A DNA stretch of 64,000 bases from Euprymna scolopes (lineage: Eukaryota): assembly GCA_053919585.1 (NCBI GenBank), contig CM132793.1, one strand, 5' to 3'. This document shows positions 62,782 to 64,000 of the stretch, piece by piece. Position 1 is the stretch's first letter, and each line of letters begins with the position of its first letter. Below the pieces are notes generated by a model. That model was not told the origin of the DNA, did not search any database, and saw nothing but the letters and a program-made list of their open reading frames with translations. The translations under genes and the position numbers were made by a program.

Positions 62782-63790
62782 CAGTTATTTGTTTCTTACT
62801 ATTACTTCTAGCTTCTATAAGCTGTTGTCTGTTTGTACTGGACTTTAGTCGACTCAATTTGCGGTATACATGCTGTCTTTGTGCATTGGCAGTTGCACAA
62901 GTAGAAGTAAACCATTGAGGAGACTGGGGCTTGCTATAGAAGTTCGGCGTGGGAACATATGCTTCAATATCCGGTTTGAATCATTCAGCGGTTTCATTTG
63001 CGTACTGTTCAGCGGGAAGAGAACAGGTATTTGCCCATGAAGCATCTCTGATGCGTTCCCTGCTGGTTTCCCAGTCAGCCTTTGTATAATACTTTGTCGT
63101 TTACCATAACAGCTCTTCAGATTTTGGCAGCGAATTTATGACGATTTCAACCATTATCACAACGTGATCAGCATTTCCGAGTTGACTATGGACATTCGTT
63201 ACATAATCATTCGGAATTGTGGTCAGAAATAGATATGGAAGTAAGGCATGTTTATGTTGCTTATATGGCAAACCTGTCGGAAACATAACCGCCTCTGATA
63301 GGAAATGATGCTACCAAGGTCTGTATAATAGAGAATCCAAACCAATTTCTGTGGTGGATATTGAAGTCAATAAATACATGTATTTGTGCGCTAGTATCTA
63401 GGGAGAGTGTTGTATCTATGCTGTAATAACTTGGTTGATTGGGGTACAGTCCTGGGTGGAGGGAGAGCGGGAGAGAAAATATAAATAGCTAATGTTATGT
63501 TGCATTTTAAGTCAAAAGCAGATCAAGGTCTGTTCATCTTATTCTAGTTCTGTTTCTCTAGTCAAGGGAAGGGTGTTTTGAATATAGTCCGTTTATATCT
63601 ATGTGTGCGTCCTAAGGCAAAGTGGGGGATAACCAGATATGTTGAAGTGGTTAGAGGGGATAAAGGAGTATAGGTTAGTTTCATTAGCGCTAAGATATCC
63701 GGGATATTTATTAAGAAAAATGACATCAACTAAATTAGTTTTGAGCCCGCGGATATTCGTGAATGCAACCCACAAGGAAGAAGGCAAATT
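62782..63790 (-). mobile_element. Decayed LINE family B, APE half (continuation of 56480-58312)
   Basis: FTNIRGLKTN, ETNL, DFNIHH, LGNADHVVI; joins the RT half across the LTR insertion. Confidence 0.9.
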
Positions 63791-64000
63791 GTTTTTTTTC
63801 TTCTATTTTAAGTCTGGTTTAATCGTGATTTTTGATTGAACTGACATTTTATTTTATTTAAGAATTTCAGTTTTAGGGTGAGAGGGACAGACAAGGTGGT
63901 TGTGCAGAATACTAAATATGCAACAAAGATAGATCATCAACTGTCTCCTCATCTACAAGATCCTGGCCTCGGGAAAGCTAACCAGAGATGGGTGTAGGGT

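Noticed and set aside
58600-62848. Many short plus-strand and alternate-frame ORFs over gag, pol and the LTR
   Set aside because: Shadow ORFs of GC-richer coding sequence; no motifs
1-64000. Species assignment
   Set aside because: TE content suggests an invertebrate animal, but no diagnostic marker is present

Overview
AT-rich eukaryotic (invertebrate-like) scaffold with six N-gaps. No confidently identifiable host gene; most recognisable sequence is transposable element, often nested. Contents: (i) an apparently intact, young LTR retrotransposon on the minus strand (about 58313-62781; gag plus pol PR-RT-RH-IN, GGGAAAC -1 frameshift signal) inserted into an older CR1/L2-type LINE; (ii) a decayed Gypsy (Mag-like) element with both LTRs and a GAGAG TSD inserted into a Penelope-like element; (iii) many CR1/L2-group LINE copies of at least two families, including a triple nest at 39-44 kb; (iv) Penelope-like elements and related non-coding elements carrying about nine hammerhead-ribozyme motifs of about six sequence types, some behind tRNA-like Pol III boxes and some in fold-back arrangements; (v) a full-length decayed hAT (SPIN/GTF2IRD2-like) transposon, Helitron pieces, MITEs and microsatellites. 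Most striking observation: the intact LTR element has no normal TGG primer-binding site. Its 18-nt leader is instead complementary to the 5'-terminal 12 nt of tRNA-Phe plus the tRNA 3' ACCA, which suggests non-canonical priming. All calls were made by eye; family names come from motif recognition, not database searches.
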